Assembly (NCBI GenBank): GCA_973895155.1
Contig: OZ316895.1
Span: 7,242,184 to 7,306,183 of the forward strand
Length of the DNA: 64,000 nucleotides
DNA from: Marsupella aquatica
Taxonomy: Eukaryota > Plantae > Marchantiophyta
Reading direction: 5' to 3'
Shown here piece by piece: positions 58,796 through 64,000 of the stretch. Both the position numbers and the translations under genes were made by a program. Each line of letters starts with the position of its first letter. The stretch's first letter is position 1. The notes under the pieces are model-generated. The model did no database searches, was not told the origin of the DNA, and saw nothing but the letters and a program-made list of their open reading frames with translations.

Positions 58796-61391
58796 GGTAA
58801 CCTATCTGTCCATCGTGCCATAAACTTGTCCTCAATCGCCCTATCCCAAACTGGCACGACATTGATTATGGCTGGCCTCTCAGACCTGGTCCACTTAGCC
58901 GGTGTGGCTGATGTCGAACTACCCTTGCACTTCATTTCTTCTGTAGTTGAGCTTTCTCCAAGAATGGCTGCCCTAGTCCACGCCGAAGTGTGACCCTTGA
59001 GTTCCCATAGTGGTTATCCCGCATTCTTGATTGCTTCCCAAATCCCAATAACACAATTTTCCTTGGTTAGCAATTTGTCAAGCTCAGGCTTGTTGTTGTA
59101 AACTTCTCCAATACTTTGTCAGCTCCTACAAATGCAGCTTTGTGAATCCCTCACAATCATGTAAGCTCCGCTCGTTCTCTAGCTGCTCGTTCTGGCTCGA
59201 CGTCTTTGTAGGTTGGTATGAGTTACTGCGCTCCTTCAAGCAAACAACCTCAAAACTTTCCTGCCTGATTGACAATGTTCATTCCACCGATCAATATGAA
59301 GCTCACACAATCCTTTCACCCAAATACACCTCCGCCATTGACAATCGGTCCGCTTCCCAAAGTTGAGGATGAGTGAACGAGAATGAGCAGTACCTGGCAA
59401 AGGATCGGTCCTCACCTGCTCGAAGCCGCCACTTAGTCATTGTTTAATCCGGTCACGGATTAGGTCGTAACCCTAATCTGTGGTCACTGCTGATCATTGC
59501 TCTTGGATCGCCACTAAACTCCGGCTACCCTTGTTCCATAATTGGCCCAAGAGCTCTCCATTCTCACTCTAGTTTCCACTTTATATGCATAATATTTATT
59601 TACAAAAAAATTCTAGCTTAACCAAACTAAATGATTCTTGGCGAGGTATCACAGATAAGTACCTGACATGAAAGGTAGTCACCATCATCTGGCCCTAGGC
59701 TAGATGATAGTGCAACTCCTTACTGCCAGGGAGGTCTCAAGGATTCAATCATTTTAACATTTTGATCATTTTAACATTCACTCCACCCAAAAGTGGGGGT
59801 TGATTTGTACTCTATTTACACTTCAGAAAAATCTGGACTGTGGGCAGTTGTGTTTCATCACGAATGTTGTATAGTATGCAAGGAAAAATACATGAATTCT
59901 CTCCCTTGAGATGACTGTATAGTGTGCAGTAAGGGAGGTGTGGAGGGGGAGAAAGATGCTAGCATGGATAAAGATAAAAGGCAAAAATATATAAATTAGA
60001 TAAATTGGAGAGATCAAAAAGGAAAAAGTTGGGGAAAAGAATCTGAAGTGGGCACTTTGACCCTTGAAAAAATTGTAGGCTAAAACAAATTATTATTTTG
60101 CTGATATTGCTTTTTGACCCATCTTGCCAAAGTTTTTTGTCCAATTCTTGCCAATGCTCTTGCCACATGTGCCCAATTCTCCCTACCCATTTGCACCTTG
60201 CACACTCTACTTTTGAATCAACTTCTACAACATATCAATAACACACATATTGTGCAATGACAACATTTTGGACAGATAATGTTTTTTGATACGACAACTG
60301 AACATTCTTTGATAGCAAGACTTTCACAATTGCACCAACAATAGCAGAGTGTAGGAATTTGTAAAGAAAACGTTAATTTTGTGTTTTACACCCTATCTTT
60401 TTCTTCTCTTTATCAATAATTATGCTTAATGGGAGGAAATGGCAAGGGAGGAAATGGCAAGTGAGAGAAGAGGGTTTAGAGTTACCGCATGATCTCCATT
60501 GCCAATCCACTCCACTATCCTCACCTTGCGCCCAATCTGTGTGCTAGCCTTTCCTTCCGCCCCATCGAGACCCCACCCCGACACATACCCTTGCCAAGAT
60601 TTCACTTTTGCTCCAGGGATTTAGGGCTTCCTAAAAGTTGTTGTATGTGAATGTCAAATACGACACTAGTAGGTTGTCTCAAATCAGGCCTTTAACGGTT
60701 TTCTCCTGTGACCAAAACACTACAAAATGGGTCACGGATGGGAAAATGCAATATCACAAAAGCTATCTATTAACAAGTTTTGCAATTAGTGCAAAAGTAG
60801 TGTTCCATCAACCCTGAAGTCCAGGGCAAGAAAGGCCCAAAGGACAATGGAAGGGTGTGTTGCCCGTCCACTAATGATTAAGAACTTTAAATAACAAATG
60901 GATCTGATCATGCTCCAAATTCTTTGAGATTAAGAGCCAACTCGCATGTGAGCAGCCTTAAAAAATGTTGCCTTCAACCTGAGCGAGAGTCATCTGCCTG
61001 AACTCTATCCTATGCCAGGCCTGATGGGACAACTTTTGGAGTTCCAAGGGCAAGGGCCAAAAAGTTTCTTGCCCTTGGGGTTCTGACCTCAAACTTCATT
61101 TTAAACAAAGTGTGTCCTATATAAGCTACAAGGGGTAACAACAAAGGAAGGACACTATCAGCCTTGTGCACTTGACATAATGTAGGGCAGTAGATCTATT
61201 TTTTTCTGATCATTTTGCAAGTGCTGAATGATCATTTTCTGATAGTGTTATCCCGTCCTTTCTATTTTGGTTACTCTTAAGCTTAGATTTTACAGCATGG
61301 CGACCTAGAATTTACACCAAAAATTGTTGCAAACATGATTTGAGTAGTTATTTTTTTACACAAAACCATCATATCATGTTTGTGGTCGACC

Positions 61392-62064
61392 CTACATCAG
61401 ACGGAGATTCACCTTAACTCCATGAGAGACAACTACAAGTCTCAGAAGAAGGCACGATAACTACAAATGGCTATCCATGAGCTCCATGAGGTCCTTAATA
61501 AGCCTTGGGCAACCAATGAGATCCCCCAAGCTCTTAATCTGGACTTCATTAATGATGCCTGATGATTCGTGTTTGGCTTGGGCTCGGGCCCTTGGTAGTT
61601 CCCCTCCCCTTTGTGGTACTCACTTGGGGTTGACTGTTTTAGGTAGTGGTTGGGATAGGAGTAGGAACAGAGAGTGGACTAATCTCGGGACCCTTAGGAA
61701 TGTGAGTGTTGGGTTTGGGCCTTGGTGGCGGCTGCCTGACCGCCAGTGCCTTTTTTCCTTGGATGATAGTGAGAGTTGTAAGGATAAGTGGACCCCTGAC
61801 CCGTGGAGTAGTAGACACCCTTGTTCCACGAGGTGGACTCGCTAAGGTTCCTTCTTCTGGTTGCCGCTGGTTTCCACTCTCCAGTGGCGTGCTTGGCTTC
61901 CATGGCCTGATTAGGGTCTTTATGTGGTGCTTGGGGGCTGCCCGTGCTGTTTTCCGGGTTTCCCGTTTGCTCGGGTGGTGTTTGCCCCCTTGCTTGTTGT
62001 TTTGGGCTTCCCCTTCCACCCTGTTTTTGGAGTTTCTTTGTGGAAAATAATAAAAATAATAAAA
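61392..62064 (+). mobile_element. 5'-truncated non-LTR retroelement (LINE 3' end)
   Basis: Ends in the tail AAAATAATAAAAATAATAAAA. 11-bp TSD TGTGGTCGACC at 61381-61391 and 62065-62075. Confidence 0.8.
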
Positions 62065-63533
62065 TGTGGTCGACCTTGCTAATGTGGCATGCTCTGGTGC
62101 CAGGAATTTGCAAGGACCTCAAATGGGGGTCCATAAATATTCATTGAAGTGAGACTTCTGGATTAGGGCAAAAAAATCAATTAAATATTTATTTTGAGAG
62201 TAGGAATCACAAGGAGAACCCAGGTGCTGGCTAACAGGACAGTTCAGTCACCCAAAACGATGCGTGCACAATTGTAATCATTGTCATTTTTGTTGTGAAG
62301 GAAGAGCTAAGCTTGGAGCTACATAAGACCACTAGAGATGCTCCACTTGCAAACCTACAAGCTTAGGGAGGGCTCTATAAAGGGAAATTTGCTTTGTGCA
62401 TGCACATGTTTGTCTGCAGGGTGTTTACACTAGTTAGAAGAGAATTCATGGATCAAGCAAACTCTTGAGCTTGAAATTTTGAACAATTGTGGCTGGAATT
62501 GCAATGTGCTAATGTCCAGGAGCAATGAGGCAAGAGTGGGGGCAAGAGATTTGCCTGGTGGTCAGCAAAAAATCTTAGAGTGAATCAGTGTATGAATAGC
62601 AGGGAGACAATGGTAATGGGTAAAAGCAAGTCCGAGTGCACTGGGAGATGTGACCTGGAAGCTAGAGAAGTTTTAGCCATTCTAACATGCCCACAATTGT
62701 AATGTTTAAGTTGATGAATTGTACTTGGCCAGGGCACAACAAAAGGATCAAGTAAATGTTCAATGTGCCAATTCAAAATTACTGCAGAAAACATGTTCAC
62801 GTCAATGGCGATCCCTGGGTAGGACACAAAGAATGGTTTCAACAAATGTATGAATCATCACAAAATTTGACACCCAACTGGCTTACTGGTTTTGTATCAT
62901 GCAATTGAGTGCGACAAAAACTTTTTGAGAAATTTCATTCGACCACCGTGAGCTAAAATACATTATAAGGGTTTGAGGCACCTTTACCTTCGGTCCCCTT
63001 GGGTGCTGTCCCTTTGTGGCCTTGCCGGTAATCATACATCAAAATGTGGTAATATATGGTGTGCACTCATTGATTTAAAAAAAAACAACAAGGTTTATTA
63101 TGGTATGGCGGGATGTAGTACTCCTATATGTCATATTTTGTTGTGTAGTTAATGAGACCCCCTTTGTGGGCTCCCTGTTGTATGTTTGTTTTTTTGAAAG
63201 AATCTCAATTGGTTTCTTGGAGGCAAAAATAAAAGAATTATAAGATGAAAAGAAATTTACCTTACTTGTGGAGGGAGGAAAACTCAAAGTATATATATCA
63301 CAATGCCCAAGGGCAAAAAATGCCAAACCTGGAGACAAGATCTCAAAGGCAAAGCCTCAAGATCCCAAAGGCAAAACATCCCAATGAAGGGGAGGAAAAG
63401 AGGGGAAAGGACCCCAAGAAAAACAAGCCAAGGGGTCCCCAACCAGAAGCCAACAAGGAACAACCACCAAAAAGTAACCCACAAGAGCCATGAAGGCTAA
63501 CATCAAAAAGTAACCCACAAGAGCCATGAAGGC

Positions 63534-63860
63534 GGTCCAGTTTGTCCTCCAAAGTCATCACAGCCAATGACTCTTCCTCTGTCAGCCCTGCTCCAGTGTC
63601 ATTCTTCACTTCAAGAGCTTGCTTGTATCTCAATTTGTAACATTGGAATCGCTTCGTCAGATTTGGTGCAATAATTTTCTTGGGGAAACCATGATGAATG
63701 AGTGCAGCCAACATGGACTTCATGATAGTGGCCTTAGATTGGTATTTTTGCCCAATCTTTGTTCTCCTTCCTGATCCATGCAATGCTGCAAAGTTTTCAG
63801 GGAGCTCAAGGTATGAGACTATGAGATCATAGTCTTCATCCTTTAAGCAAAACTTCTCAG
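63534..63860 (-). pseudogene. Truncated Myb/SANT-like ORF of PIF/Harbinger accessory-protein type
   Basis: DEDYDLIVSYLELPENFAALHGSGRRTKIG...KRFQCYKLRYKQALEVKNDTGAGLTEEESLAVMTLEDKLD. The TGxG(L/I)TEE...TLEDKL motif is typical of Harbinger-associated Myb-like proteins. It is cut off by a repeat-bearing insertion at about 63533. Confidence 0.5.
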
Positions 63861-64000
63861 CAGGAACTCGGTATTGCTCGGTGGCAACAGTTGCTCATGG
63901 TGGCTGGAAGACAGAGCCTTTGCTCCTCCCAAAACCTTCTCTCACAAAACCCTGGCTCCGTGTGCTAGACATTGTGCTGAAAGAGTGTGAACCCACAGAA

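Overview
Eukaryotic land-plant nuclear DNA, probably a bryophyte or other non-seed plant (inferred from gene style, not proven). It contains three intact spliced protein-coding genes that can be rebuilt exon by exon from GT(GC)-AG boundaries. These are a plant PARP2-type poly(ADP-ribose) polymerase (+, 7950-13896, 19 exons, 638 aa, one GC-AG intron), RNA polymerase common subunit RPB5 (-, 39694-41392, 4 exons, 209 aa) and a TSL-kinase interacting protein 1 (TKI1)-like SANT protein (-, 46745-52939, 11 exons, about 1068 aa). A CpG-rich, apparently spliced minus-strand unit with no long ORF (about 15.2-19.1 kb) converges on PARP2 and is the least explained part of the window. The rest is a CpG-depleted patchwork of transposons and repeats. 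It includes three solo LTRs of one family, each with its own 5-bp TSD, and 5'-truncated LINEs with 11-bp TSDs. It also has a 2.3-kb Mutator-like element with a related MITE, an 8-bp-TSD MITE, CACTA-like and pogo-like TIR elements, Harbinger-type Myb/SANT fragments and several minisatellites. I found no CRISPR array, rRNA or intact tRNA, and no clear evidence of a new multi-gene system.
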